Part shown: positions 49,740 through 60,001 of the stretch, one piece after another
Numbering within the stretch: the stretch's first letter is position 1
How the letters are laid out: every line of letters starts with the position of its first letter
NCBI GenBank assembly: GCA_965205205.1
Contig: CBDBFX010000002.1
Location: forward strand, 1,309,506 to 1,373,505
Origin: Arenicellales bacterium
GTDB taxonomy: Bacteria > Pseudomonadota > Gammaproteobacteria > Arenicellales > JAJDZL01
DNA: 64,000 nucleotides
Direction of reading: 5' to 3'
Translations under genes and position numbers: made by a program
Notes under the pieces: model-generated
The model's database searches: none
The model's input: the letters and a program-made list of their open reading frames with translations, nothing else
What the model was told of the DNA's origin: nothing

Positions 49740-50813
49740 ATGTCGATGCAGTTAACCCGCCGCGATCTTCTCAAGGCTGCGGCTGCCGGTGGCGCCGTTG
49801 CCGCCACGTCATCTTTTCCGTTCATGAACGCCGCCATCGGGGCGGACCCGCTGTCCGTTGTCGACTGGGGACCACCCTGGATCGATAATACGAAAAAAAT
49901 CGCGGCGGCCTGGGGTAAAAGCGATATCAACTGGACGCTGCACTCTGGCGGCGCCGCCTCGATACTGCCGAAAATCAAGGCTGCGTGGCCAAATCCGCCT
50001 TATGGTGTGGTCGATGTCTGGAGTCCAGTGTTCCTGTCGATGACGCGGGAGGGATGGGCCGCAACGGTCACCCTGGATGACTGTCCCAATCTGGCAAATG
50101 TGCCGGAAAGTCTCATAACCAAGGATGCCGATGGCAACTGGAAGAATATTCCCCGCGGCACCGGCGGTGTATTTTTCACCTATGCGCCGGACAACTGTCC
50201 AATTGAAATCAAGACGATCGACGATCTGCTGGACCCCAAACTGAAAGGGCAGATCCTGTGGCCCAACCCCACGCTGAATACCAATCTTCAGGTGGTCGCC
50301 CTTTCAACGGCCAGAGGCGGAAATGAGCACAACATCGAACCCGGCTGGGAGTTTCTGAAGGAACTCGCGGCATCCGGGAACATCGGTCGAATCTCCGCCA
50401 ACACATCCGATGTCATCACATCGCTGGAGACCGGCGAGACATCGGTCACCTTTGTTGATGGAGGTACGCTGTCCGGAATCAAAGGCACCCGCCTCAGCCA
50501 TCTGACGAAAACCGATCCATCTTTCAAGACTTTCCTGTTCGTCAGCGGCTGGGTCGTCCTGTCAAGTTCACCCAACAAGGAACTGGCTTTCGATTTCGCC
50601 AACTTTACGATCAACAAGGAGAACAGTCAGCTGTACTTCCAAGAGGTTGGCGAGGTACCGGTCAACGGTGAAGCGGAACACAGCGCCGATCATCTTCGAT
50701 TTTCCTCCACCGAGGCTGAAGACTTCGTGGTGATTCCGGATTGGGACCACCTGAGCGTCGAGCTGGACAACTGGAACAAACGATTTGAAAAAGACATCGT
50801 TCCACTGCTGTAG
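49740..50813 (+). CDS. ABC transporter periplasmic substrate-binding protein (PotD/PotF-like)
   Basis: 357 aa with a Tat-type signal (TRRDLLKAAAAGGAVAA). It is the first gene of a four-gene ABC importer set. Confidence 0.85.
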   Translation: MSMQLTRRDLLKAAAAGGAVAATSSFPFMNAAIGADPLSVVDWGPPWIDNTKKIAAAWGKSDINWTLHSGGAASILPKIKAAWPNPPYGVVDVWSPVFLSMTREGWAATVTLDDCPNLANVPESLITKDADGNWKNIPRGTGGVFFTYAPDNCPIEIKTIDDLLDPKLKGQILWPNPTLNTNLQVVALSTARGGNEHNIEPGWEFLKELAASGNIGRISANTSDVITSLETGETSVTFVDGGTLSGIKGTRLSHLTKTDPSFKTFLFVSGWVVLSSSPNKELAFDFANFTINKENSQLYFQEVGEVPVNGEAEHSADHLRFSSTEAEDFVVIPDWDHLSVELDNWNKRFEKDIVPLL

Positions 50814-50919
50814 TTTTACAGACCGGATGCCCGCTTATCATCAATGTGATTGATTTGCGGATACATTTGTCCAATCGGCCGGAAACAATCGTCGACGAGT
50901 CGGCCTGCGGACCTGACCG

Positions 50920-51798
50920 ATGCGGACGAACGGCGTCTTCACACTTATGAAACTCAACCGTGGATCAGTTCTGCTGCTATTGCCCGGTATCGGGATTCTG
51001 CTTGGCTTTCTCGTACTGCCACTCGCCAATGTCGTTGAAGAGAGTCTCCGGCTTTTTGAACCCGGCCGAATCGGTGCCGCAAAAGACGCGCCGTACACCC
51101 TGTTCAACTATGCCGAACTGATCGATTGGACCTATCTTTACTATTTTGTAGAGACCGCGCGCATTGGATTCATCGCATCGGTCGTCGGGCTGATTCTTGG
51201 CTTTCCAATCGCCTATGTCATCGCGCGGCGGTTTTCACCTTTCTGGCGCAAGTTTGGTGTTGGTTTTCTGATTGGCATCATGTTCCTGAGCACACTGGTC
51301 AGGGTTTATGCGCTACAGCTGACATTCGGACCAGCTGGCATCGCAAAATATCTGACCGGTCTGCTTGGCGTTTCGATGAATGGACGATTTTACACGGAAC
51401 TCGTCGTCATCTTTGGGCTGCTTCATTACCTGGTTCCGATTGCCGCAATTACGCTGCTCGGAACCATTCAGAATGTCAATCCGCGGCTGACGGAGGCGGC
51501 CCAGGCACTGGGGGCGCCGCGCTGGATGGCTCACCTGTCAATTACGGTCCCACTTTGCGTTCCGGGTTTGCTGTCGGCCTTTCTCATCTCGTTCACACTG
51601 TCCCTTTCCGCATTCGTGGTACCAATGATTCTGGGTAAAGGTAAGATTCTCTTTGTTTCGAACCTGATTTATTCGCGCTTTAGTGAAATTGCAAACTACC
51701 CCAGCGGGTCGGCCATCTCAGTCGTCATGCTGGTGCTCTCGCTGCTGATCATATATGGCGTCACCCATCTGGTCACGACCCGCTGGATCAGGCACTAG
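50920..51798 (+). CDS. ABC transporter permease (PotB-like)
   Basis: Six hydrophobic helices and the EAA loop EAAQALGAPRW. The start could instead be the Met at 50947. Confidence 0.85.
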   Translation: MRTNGVFTLMKLNRGSVLLLLPGIGILLGFLVLPLANVVEESLRLFEPGRIGAAKDAPYTLFNYAELIDWTYLYYFVETARIGFIASVVGLILGFPIAYVIARRFSPFWRKFGVGFLIGIMFLSTLVRVYALQLTFGPAGIAKYLTGLLGVSMNGRFYTELVVIFGLLHYLVPIAAITLLGTIQNVNPRLTEAAQALGAPRWMAHLSITVPLCVPGLLSAFLISFTLSLSAFVVPMILGKGKILFVSNLIYSRFSEIANYPSGSAISVVMLVLSLLIIYGVTHLVTTRWIRH

Positions 51799-51807
51799 CC
51801 GACGGAC

Positions 51808-52632
51808 ATGCCGCAACGCTACATCGATCAATTTGGAGCATGGCTGGTAGTCGGCGCCATCCTGCTCACGGTTGCGTTTCTAGTCACACCGATCATCGTC
51901 TCGATACTGATGTCATTTGATGCCCGCGGTTATCTGGGGCGTTTTCCACCCACTGAGTTTTCCCTGCAGTGGTACGAAAGGTTTTTCTCAGATACCTACT
52001 ATCTGAAGGGACTTCGAACCAGTCTGATCATTGCGGTGATCGCCGCCACCGTATCCACCTGTGCCGGAGTCAGCGCCGCCATCGCCCTTGATCGCTACGA
52101 ATTTCCTGGTAAACAGGCCCTGGAAACGATTTTTCTGTCACCATTGATCATTCCTGCCGTTGTCATCGGTTTTTCGCTGCTTCTGTTTTTTGCCCTCATC
52201 GGTGTTTTTCAAGGCTACCCGCGGCTGCTGGCCGGACACATCATCATTACGTTTCCCTACGCGGTGAGAACCACGCTGGCAGGACTGACCGGAATACGAA
52301 GAAACCTGACCGAAGCGGCGATGACGCTGGGAGCAACCGAACGTCAGGCATTCTGGGACGTTACATTTCCGCTGGCGCGTACTGGCATGGTTGCCGGTGC
52401 GGTTTTCGCATTTGCATTTTCCATGGACGATGTGGCGGTCAGTCTGTTCCTGACTTCACCCAATACCTATACTCTGCCAGTTGCCATGGTCAGTATGATG
52501 CGTACCAATTTTGACCTCACCATCGCCGCCGCTTCGGTCATCCTGATGCTATTCACCATCGGCTTAATCATTGTTCTTGATCTGTTCGTTGGACTGGAAC
52601 GCGTCATTGGTGGTGGCGTCTACCGCTCATAG
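51808..52632 (+). CDS. ABC transporter permease (PotC-like)
   Basis: Polytopic, with the EAA loop EAAMTLGATERQAFW. Confidence 0.85.
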   Translation: MPQRYIDQFGAWLVVGAILLTVAFLVTPIIVSILMSFDARGYLGRFPPTEFSLQWYERFFSDTYYLKGLRTSLIIAVIAATVSTCAGVSAAIALDRYEFPGKQALETIFLSPLIIPAVVIGFSLLLFFALIGVFQGYPRLLAGHIIITFPYAVRTTLAGLTGIRRNLTEAAMTLGATERQAFWDVTFPLARTGMVAGAVFAFAFSMDDVAVSLFLTSPNTYTLPVAMVSMMRTNFDLTIAAASVILMLFTIGLIIVLDLFVGLERVIGGGVYRS

Positions 52633-52641
52633 GTTGAATTC

Positions 52642-53736
52642 ATGTCTGTTGTCAGGCTCGATAATGTAACCAAACGCTTCGGGAGTTTCACAGCAGTCAG
52701 TGAGGCGTCCTTCAGTCTTGAAAAAGGTCGAATCCTGTCATTGCTCGGTCCTTCCGGATGCGGCAAAACGACCACCCTGCGTATGATTGCTGGATTTGAA
52801 GTACCCAGCGCTGGTGAGATTTACATCGGTGGCGCCAGCATGCGCGACAGGCGTCCCTACGAACGAAACGTCGGCCTGCTGTTTCAGGACTATGCGCTGT
52901 TCCCGCATATGAGCGTCGAACAGAATGTGGCCTATGGACTCAGACGGCGCAACTATGACAGGAGCCGGATGAACAGTCGCGTCAATGAAATGCTCAATCT
53001 CGTCCAACTCAGCGGCTTTGAGCGGCGGCGTCCTTCACAACTGTCCGGTGGACAGCAACAACGAGTGGCGCTGGCCCGCGCGCTGGCCACCAATCCGGAA
53101 GTCGTTCTCTTAGATGAGCCACTGTCCGCGCTTGATGCCAAATTGCGTCAGGCGCTGCGGGTCGAACTGAAACAGATTCTATCGGCTGTTGGCGCGACGA
53201 CGATTATCGTTACTCACGATCAGGAAGAAGCGATGAGTCTGGGCGACGAACTCGTCGTCATGAATGAAGGATGCATTGTTCAGCAGGGTCCGCCAACCGA
53301 GATCTACCGGTCACCGCATACCAAATTCGTCGCCGAATTCATCGGGCGTTCAAACTGGCTGCGAGGTCAACTAGGTTCGGCCGATGTGAACGGGTTCTGT
53401 CAATTCGAGATCGAGACGGGATTCAACATCTGCGTCACCAAGCCGGATTTCAAGGCGGCGAATTATGAAGTGTGCATCCGCCCGGAACGGATCCGAGTGC
53501 ATCACACCGCTTCGGAGAATGCCACCGACCGATTGACCAACCAGTTCAGCGGCACCGTCCTGAATATTGCGCATTTGGGCGCCGACATCCATATCGTGCT
53601 GGAACTGGCAAGTGGTGACCGAATTACCGTCAGTGAGCAGTTCACCGGGCAATCGCTAGACCGTTATACAGGAACACTTCGATGTACTTTTTATCCATCC
53701 GACTGCATCATCGTTGCGTCGGATGTCCAACCGTAA
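52642..53736 (+). CDS. ABC transporter ATP-binding protein (PotA-like)
   Basis: GPSGCGKTT, LSGGQQQRVALARAL and LLDEP motifs, with a C-terminal TOBE-like extension. Confidence 0.9.
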   Translation: MSVVRLDNVTKRFGSFTAVSEASFSLEKGRILSLLGPSGCGKTTTLRMIAGFEVPSAGEIYIGGASMRDRRPYERNVGLLFQDYALFPHMSVEQNVAYGLRRRNYDRSRMNSRVNEMLNLVQLSGFERRRPSQLSGGQQQRVALARALATNPEVVLLDEPLSALDAKLRQALRVELKQILSAVGATTIIVTHDQEEAMSLGDELVVMNEGCIVQQGPPTEIYRSPHTKFVAEFIGRSNWLRGQLGSADVNGFCQFEIETGFNICVTKPDFKAANYEVCIRPERIRVHHTASENATDRLTNQFSGTVLNIAHLGADIHIVLELASGDRITVSEQFTGQSLDRYTGTLRCTFYPSDCIIVASDVQP

Positions 53737-53754
53737 ATCAGGAGAAAACCAAAT

Positions 53755-54597
53755 ATGTCTTCAGTTCAACCCACTTCTATAGATCAGTTTTTCGCCCGGC
53801 CAGTCAGCATCGAGTATCAGTTGGATGCAGGACCGGGGCGTTATCGAATCGGTCTATTGGCTCTTTCAAATGACCTGGCAACCGAACGCGATTTCATCAA
53901 TATGCGACGCAGCGATGAGGTCGCACTGTTTGTGTCGCGGGTACCGAATGAGGAAATCTGTTCGGTTGAGAACCTGCGAGCTATGGAACCTGAACTTACG
54001 CGCGCGACGGACATGCTGATTCCCGGTTCGCGGCTGGACTCCGTCGCATACAGTTGTACTTCAGGTACGGTCGTATTGGGCTACGACACGATCGTAGAAC
54101 GCGTGCGCGCCGCCCGTCCCGGCATTCCAGTCGCAACACCGATCACCGCGGCACTGGCCGCACTGGATCTGTTTGACGTCCGCAGAATCTCAGTACTCAC
54201 CCCCTATGGCAACGATGTCAATCAGCAGATTTCTGATTACCTTACGGCATCGGGTAAGGAAATCGCTGATTTCACAAGTTTTCTTTATCCGGACAATGAT
54301 TCAATTTCCCGTATACCACCCCAGGCGATCTATGATGCGGCCATTCAGTCCAACCGGCCTGATGCGCAGGCGCTGTTCATATCCTGCACTGCAATTCGAG
54401 CGGTCGAGGTGGCTGATTCAATTGAGAAAGCAATCGGCAAACCGGTTGTTACGGCGAATCAGGCGCTGTACTGGCAGGCGCTGCGCGCGACTGGATATGA
54501 GTATCCCGTTGATGGTTTTGGAGAGCTGCTGCGCCGGCTCGACGCCGCCTGCCGTCATCCGCGCATCGGCAGCAGCCATCTGGTGTCCCCGCTATGA
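53755..54597 (+). CDS. eutA: Asp/Glu-racemase-like (maleate isomerase / arylmalonate decarboxylase family) protein, EutA-like
   Basis: 280 aa with two catalytic-type Cys motifs (YSCTSG, ISCTAI). It occupies the first position of a eutABCDE-like gene order. Confidence 0.65.
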   Translation: MSSVQPTSIDQFFARPVSIEYQLDAGPGRYRIGLLALSNDLATERDFINMRRSDEVALFVSRVPNEEICSVENLRAMEPELTRATDMLIPGSRLDSVAYSCTSGTVVLGYDTIVERVRAARPGIPVATPITAALAALDLFDVRRISVLTPYGNDVNQQISDYLTASGKEIADFTSFLYPDNDSISRIPPQAIYDAAIQSNRPDAQALFISCTAIRAVEVADSIEKAIGKPVVTANQALYWQALRATGYEYPVDGFGELLRRLDAACRHPRIGSSHLVSPL

Positions 54598-55478
54598 GGC
54601 CTGAGGAGATCAATGCCGTTCCGCCTGCCGTCATCAGCCAGGCGCAGCGCGAACGATACGACGCGCAGGGCTTCCTGCTGTTTCCAGAACTGCTTGGCGA
54701 TGAGTGGCTGGTACCTTTGCGCCGAGCACTGGCTGATCTTGTGGAATCGACTCGCAGCATCACTCAGTCGACTCGTCGAATTGATCTCGAGCCGAATCAT
54801 CGTGCAGAAGAACCTCGACTTCGAAGAATGGCCTATGTCGATGAATCCGCCCCGATTTTCTGGCGGCTCTGCAGTGAATCGATCATTCCCGACATCGCCG
54901 CTGATCTGCTCGGACCAAACATTCGGTTCCGCGAACTGATGATGAATTTCAAGTGGTCGGAGGGTGGCGCCGAAGTCCGATGGCACCAGGACCTGGCGTT
55001 TTATCCACACACACATTCTGGCACTCTGCAGTTTCTGCTGCTGCTTGAAGGGGCAACACCTGATCAGGGCGCTCTGCAGGTCGTGCCCGGCAGCCACCGC
55101 GGTGCCATTTTCGCACACTATGACGCGCAGGGAAACTGGACGGGCGCGATTTCAGAACATGATCTGGCATCTGTCAGTCTTGATCAGGCCGTCGTGCTGT
55201 CGGGACCGCCTGGTACTTTATCCGTACACCATAGCCGCACCATTCACGGTTCCGCCACCAATTTCAGCAAATTCGGTCGCCCGGCGTTCGTGTTGACCTA
55301 CAGTGCCGCTGATGCGATCCCCTACACTGCGCCGTCGTATCCGAGCGTCAATTACAGCCGACTGGTACGAGGTGAACAGCCCCGCTGCGCTCACCATGAA
55401 GAAATGATCGTGCCACTGCCCCCCGATTGGTCGGACGGATACACTTCAATTTTTGAGCATCAGGAAAAGACCCATTGA
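54594..55478 (+). CDS. phytanoyl-CoA dioxygenase (PhyH) family Fe(II)/2-oxoglutarate oxygenase
   Basis: 294 aa with an HxD iron motif (WHQD) and a distal His (HHSRTIHGS). A 4-nt overlap with the upstream gene implies co-translation. Confidence 0.75.
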   Translation: MRPEEINAVPPAVISQAQRERYDAQGFLLFPELLGDEWLVPLRRALADLVESTRSITQSTRRIDLEPNHRAEEPRLRRMAYVDESAPIFWRLCSESIIPDIAADLLGPNIRFRELMMNFKWSEGGAEVRWHQDLAFYPHTHSGTLQFLLLLEGATPDQGALQVVPGSHRGAIFAHYDAQGNWTGAISEHDLASVSLDQAVVLSGPPGTLSVHHSRTIHGSATNFSKFGRPAFVLTYSAADAIPYTAPSYPSVNYSRLVRGEQPRCAHHEEMIVPLPPDWSDGYTSIFEHQEKTH

Positions 55479-55502
55479 CCGGTACCGATCAGTCAGACAC
55501 TC

Positions 55503-56507
55503 ATGAACAGTTCCAGTCGTATCACAATCCTTGATGTCGAATGCGCAAGGAAAAGAATCGCCGCAGCGGTCATCCGAACTCCGGTCGTGCGGTCAGCGGC
55601 ACTGAGCACCCGTACGGGTAATGCGGTGTACCTGAAACTTGAGCACTTCCAGACCACCGGCAGTTTCAAGATTCGAGGCGCCGTCAATGCCGTGTCGAAG
55701 CTGAACGACGAGCAGCGCCGGAACGGAGTCATCGGTGTATCCACCGGCAATCACGGCCGCAGTCTGGCATTCGCCGCATCACAGTCCGGCGTTCGCTGCA
55801 TTATCGCCATGTCAAGACACGTGCCTCTGAACAAAGTGAACGGAATTAAAATGCACGGTGCCGACGTGCGGATCAGCGGCCATTCACAGGATGATGCACA
55901 GATCGAAGTGGACCGTCTGGTCCGCGAGGAAGGTCTGACGATGCTGCCGCCTTTCGATCACATTGACATCATTGCAGGACAGGGAACGCTGGGCCTGGAA
56001 CTGCTTGAACAGCTGCCGACGCTTGACGCGGTTGTGGTGCCGGTTTCCGGCGGCGGATTGATTTCAGGTATGGCTGTCGCCATGAAAGCCAAAAAGTCAG
56101 GCCTGCGGGTGATCGGTGTCTCAATGGAACGCGGCGCCGCCATGCACACCAGTCTCAATGCAGGTCAACCGGTGCTGGTTGAAGAATTACCGACGCTGGC
56201 TGATTCACTGTGCGGTGGAATCGGATTGAACAATCGGTACACATTCGAGGTGGTACGCGAACTAGTCGACGATTTCATACTGGTCTCTGAAGACGAAATC
56301 GCCGCCGCCATTCGACATGCTTATTGGAGCGAAGGTTTGATTATCGAGGGCTCAGGCTCCGTTGGAATAGCCGCGGTGCTGTCCGGCCGGCTACAGTGCG
56401 ACGCACCCACTGCCATTGTCGTCAGCGGTGGGAACATCGGTATGAAATTGCATTATCGGATCATCTCGGGAGAAAACGTTGTGATTGACAAGGATAGGAA
56501 TCAATAA
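55503..56507 (+). CDS. eutB: PLP-dependent threonine/serine dehydratase family protein, EutB-like
   Basis: PLP-lysine motif FQTTGSFKIRGA and a glycine-rich loop. Confidence 0.8.
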   Translation: MNSSSRITILDVECARKRIAAAVIRTPVVRSAALSTRTGNAVYLKLEHFQTTGSFKIRGAVNAVSKLNDEQRRNGVIGVSTGNHGRSLAFAASQSGVRCIIAMSRHVPLNKVNGIKMHGADVRISGHSQDDAQIEVDRLVREEGLTMLPPFDHIDIIAGQGTLGLELLEQLPTLDAVVVPVSGGGLISGMAVAMKAKKSGLRVIGVSMERGAAMHTSLNAGQPVLVEELPTLADSLCGGIGLNNRYTFEVVRELVDDFILVSEDEIAAAIRHAYWSEGLIIEGSGSVGIAAVLSGRLQCDAPTAIVVSGGNIGMKLHYRIISGENVVIDKDRNQ

Positions 56508-57499
56508 TGCGGCACCTTAAGATTCTGACTGAAAAGGAACTGCGAGAAATCGTCGCGTTGGACTTGGACGTGGTGCGCTGCATCGAATCCGCATTCGCGG
56601 CGCTGGCCGATGGAAAAGTGGTGATGCCGCCAATCCTGTCAATGGCGATTGCGGAATCAAAAGGTGAGGTTGACATCAAAACGGCTTATGTACCCGACAT
56701 TCCAAGTTTCGCAATCAAGATGTCACCTGGATTTTTTGACAATCCCAAACTAGGACTGCCAAGTACGACAGGTTTGATGGTCTTGTTTTCCGTCAGGACG
56801 GGAATGCCTGAGGTAATCCTTCTTGACAACGGCTACCTGACCGATGTTCGAACGGCCGCAGCCGGCGCGGTGGCCGCACAATATCTTGCCCGACAAGATG
56901 CCAGCCGCGCCTGTGTGATCGGTGCCGGTCAGCAGTCAAGGCTGCAGCTGAAGGCTCTGTGCCTTGTTCGCCCGATACAATCAGCCGTCATCTGGGCAAG
57001 GGATTTGTCCAAAGCCAAATCGGCGGCCGCAGAACTGAGCGGGCAACTCGAACTGCCGGTGCGGGCCTGTGATGATCCGCAGACCGCAGTCAGTGCCGCC
57101 GATGTCATATTGACGACGACACCATCGACGACACCTTTGGTCAAGCGCGACTGGCTTAAGCCGGGACAACATATCACAGCAATGGGCTCCGATCAGAGCC
57201 ACAAGAATGAACTTGAACCGTCGTGTCTTTCATTCGCCACCCGCTATGTCGCCGATCGACGGTCACAGACCGAAATTCTCGGCGAACTGCATCATGCCAT
57301 CAGGGCAGGTGAAGTGATGGCGAATGAGGAGATTGTTGAACTCGGGGATATCGTTGCCGGTCAATCTCCCGGCCGGCAGTCGGCGGATGAAATCACGATT
57401 TGCGATCTTACGGGAACCGGTATTCAGGACACGGCGATCGCAGCTTTCAGCCAGCAGCGCGCGCAAGCTGCGTCGGCCGGCCTGACCATTGAGGTATGA
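56507..57499 (+). CDS. eutC: ornithine cyclodeaminase/mu-crystallin family protein, EutC-like
   Basis: 330 aa with the NAD motif VIGAGQQS. Its ATG overlaps the stop codon of the upstream gene. Confidence 0.8.
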   Translation: MRHLKILTEKELREIVALDLDVVRCIESAFAALADGKVVMPPILSMAIAESKGEVDIKTAYVPDIPSFAIKMSPGFFDNPKLGLPSTTGLMVLFSVRTGMPEVILLDNGYLTDVRTAAAGAVAAQYLARQDASRACVIGAGQQSRLQLKALCLVRPIQSAVIWARDLSKAKSAAAELSGQLELPVRACDDPQTAVSAADVILTTTPSTTPLVKRDWLKPGQHITAMGSDQSHKNELEPSCLSFATRYVADRRSQTEILGELHHAIRAGEVMANEEIVELGDIVAGQSPGRQSADEITICDLTGTGIQDTAIAAFSQQRAQAASAGLTIEV

Positions 57500-57502
57500 C
57501 TG

Positions 57503-58699
57503 ATGAATGAGAATGTTCCATTGTTTGTAAAGCCATTTTCAGTTGAAGAGTACGCGGCAAGGGTACTTGATGTAAAACGGCGTATGGCGCGGGCTGGTTT
57601 TGATCTGCTAATTTGCCAGGACCCCAGTAATATGTGCTGGCTCACTGGATTTGACGGCTGGTCTTTCTATGTACCGCAGTGTGTACTGGTGCACCAGGAA
57701 GAGGAATGGCCGGTGTGGTTTGGCCGCGCACAGGATGCAAAAGCCGCGCACGTTACAACCGATCTCCCGGCAGACAATATCGTTCCATTCACCGAAAGGC
57801 TAGTGCATCACCCGGAGTGCCATCCCTATGATGAACTGGTCGATCTGATTCAACAGCGCAGATGGGCGGGGGCGCGCATTGGTGTTGAGATGGATGCACA
57901 TTATTATACCGCCCGATGCCATGAAACACTGATTGACGGACTACCGAATGCCAGATTTTCCAACAATGGCGATCTCGTCAATTGGGCGCGTCTGGTAAAG
58001 TCCGAAAAAGAGCTCGATCTGATGCGCCAGGCCGGTAAAATCTGTAGCGCGTCAATGAATGCTGCCGTTGCAAAGACTCGAACCGGAACACCTCAAAATG
58101 AGATCATTGCAGAAGTATATTGGTCTCAGATTGCCGGTACTGAGGACTGTGGAGGCGACTATACCGCGATCTGTCCACTGATTCAGGTGGGGGAGGCCAC
58201 CAGCACGCCACACCTGACCTGGTCAGATTTGCCCATTGACGCTGATGTGCCCGTTATGATTGAACTCGCAGGAGTCAGGCGCCGTTATCATGCGCCGCTT
58301 ACCCGAACGGTATACATGGGTAACGCGCCGGCCCGAATTCAGAACCTGGCAGAAGTGATTGTGGAAGGCGTTGACGTCGGATTGGAACTGGCAAAGCCTG
58401 GAAACACCTGTGAAGTGGTTGAAGCAGGCTGGCAGGCGGTGCTGAATCGAAATGGAATCGTCAAAGAAAGTCGCGTCGGTTATTCCATCGGCATTGGGTA
58501 TCCGCCCGACTGGGGTGAGCGAAGCTGCAGTCTGCGCCCAGGCGACCAGACTGAACTGCAAGCCGGCATGTGCTTTCACTTTCAGTCTGGAGTGTGGCTG
58601 GATGACTATGGCTGTGCGGTCTCAGAATCGTTCGTGGTGACCGATGCGGGCGGTGAAAGATTGTGTGACGTTGAGCGAAATCTGATCGTGATTGAGTAA
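57503..58699 (+). CDS. eutD: M24 (creatinase/Xaa-Pro peptidase) family hydrolase, EutD/DoeA-like ectoine hydrolase candidate
   Basis: 398 aa with a creatinase-type N-domain and a pita-bread C-domain. Its position matches eutD. Confidence 0.75.
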   Translation: MNENVPLFVKPFSVEEYAARVLDVKRRMARAGFDLLICQDPSNMCWLTGFDGWSFYVPQCVLVHQEEEWPVWFGRAQDAKAAHVTTDLPADNIVPFTERLVHHPECHPYDELVDLIQQRRWAGARIGVEMDAHYYTARCHETLIDGLPNARFSNNGDLVNWARLVKSEKELDLMRQAGKICSASMNAAVAKTRTGTPQNEIIAEVYWSQIAGTEDCGGDYTAICPLIQVGEATSTPHLTWSDLPIDADVPVMIELAGVRRRYHAPLTRTVYMGNAPARIQNLAEVIVEGVDVGLELAKPGNTCEVVEAGWQAVLNRNGIVKESRVGYSIGIGYPPDWGERSCSLRPGDQTELQAGMCFHFQSGVWLDDYGCAVSESFVVTDAGGERLCDVERNLIVIE

Positions 58700-58704
58700 A
58701 TGAA

Positions 58705-59694
58705 ATGAAAAAGAATCCGATCACACCAACCATTCCTCTGGACCGGGACGGTTCCCATCATGGCTTTCTCAATCTGCCACACAGCCGAAACGACTCGGCC
58801 TGGGGATCAGTCATGATACCGATCAGCATCGTTCAGAATGGGTCGGGGCCGACAGTGCTCCTGACCGGTGCCAATCATGGAGACGAATACGAAGGACCCG
58901 TCGCTCTGCAGCATCTAGCCCTTCACCTGAAACCGGCAGACATTCAGGGTCGAGTGATCATCGTGCCGGCCTTCAATTATCCTGCGTTCAGAAACGGAAG
59001 CAGAAACTCACCGATTGATGATGGCAATATGAATCGGGTTTTTCCAGGCAATCCAAGAGGAACGGTTACTGAGAAAATTGCTGACTACTTCATGCGCACG
59101 CTGGTACCGACGGCTGAGGTGGTCGTCGACATCCATTCAGGTGGCAAAACACTTGAATTTCTGCCACTTGCCGCCGCTCATGTGCTTGACAATAAGGTGC
59201 AGCAATCCGCCTGCGTTGCCGCCATGCGCGCGTTCAACGCCCCCTATTCAACCATTCTCCTTGAAATCGATGACACCGGAATGTATGACACCGCGGTGGA
59301 AGAGCAGGGTAAAGTGTTCGTTTCAACCGAATTGGGTGGTGGTGGCACGACGCGGGCTTCCACCATCAGACAGGCGAAAAAAGGGGTGAGAAACGTGCTG
59401 ATTCATGCTGGAATTCTAGCTGCCGAACCCACTGTCGAGCCGACGATAGATCTTGATATGCCGGACGGTGACTGTTTTATCATCAGCGAACATGACGGGC
59501 TTCTGGAACCACTGGTTGATCTCGCTGATTCTGTCACCATAGATGATAAGGTCGCCCAAGTCTGGCCACTCGATCGCACCGGTGTTGAACCGGTGGTGTA
59601 CCGCGCCCGCCGCGATGGAATACTGGCAGGACGGCATTTCCCAGGACTGGTGAAGTCAGGCGACTGCATGGCGGTCATCGCGGTTGCCGCCTAA
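58705..59694 (+). CDS. eutE: succinylglutamate desuccinylase/aspartoacylase family deacylase, EutE/DoeB-like
   Basis: 329 aa with the zinc-site motif GANHGDEYEG. Its position matches eutE. Confidence 0.75.
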   Translation: MKKNPITPTIPLDRDGSHHGFLNLPHSRNDSAWGSVMIPISIVQNGSGPTVLLTGANHGDEYEGPVALQHLALHLKPADIQGRVIIVPAFNYPAFRNGSRNSPIDDGNMNRVFPGNPRGTVTEKIADYFMRTLVPTAEVVVDIHSGGKTLEFLPLAAAHVLDNKVQQSACVAAMRAFNAPYSTILLEIDDTGMYDTAVEEQGKVFVSTELGGGGTTRASTIRQAKKGVRNVLIHAGILAAEPTVEPTIDLDMPDGDCFIISEHDGLLEPLVDLADSVTIDDKVAQVWPLDRTGVEPVVYRARRDGILAGRHFPGLVKSGDCMAVIAVAA

Positions 59695-60001
59695 CCTTTT
59701 CACAATTGCAATCGCGGCGCCGAATTTTTCGTCCGTCTCGCAACCTGATCAATGAAAGTTCAACCAAGCTCTGACCCACAGAAACAGAAGTGCTAAATAC
59801 CCCAGGTTACAGCAGTTATGGCATATTGATGCTCAGTGAGAGTGATCGTGCTCGACATTGAGTTGAAATTCCACCGAACTGAGGCGGTCACAAATTCGCG
59901 TTAGAAGTTAAATTTATCGAGTTTCAGAAGATGACGGCCCAATTTTGTGGAATGTATTCTATCCGATTCATGTGTTCGGCGAATCAATGTTGAATTGAAC
60001 A

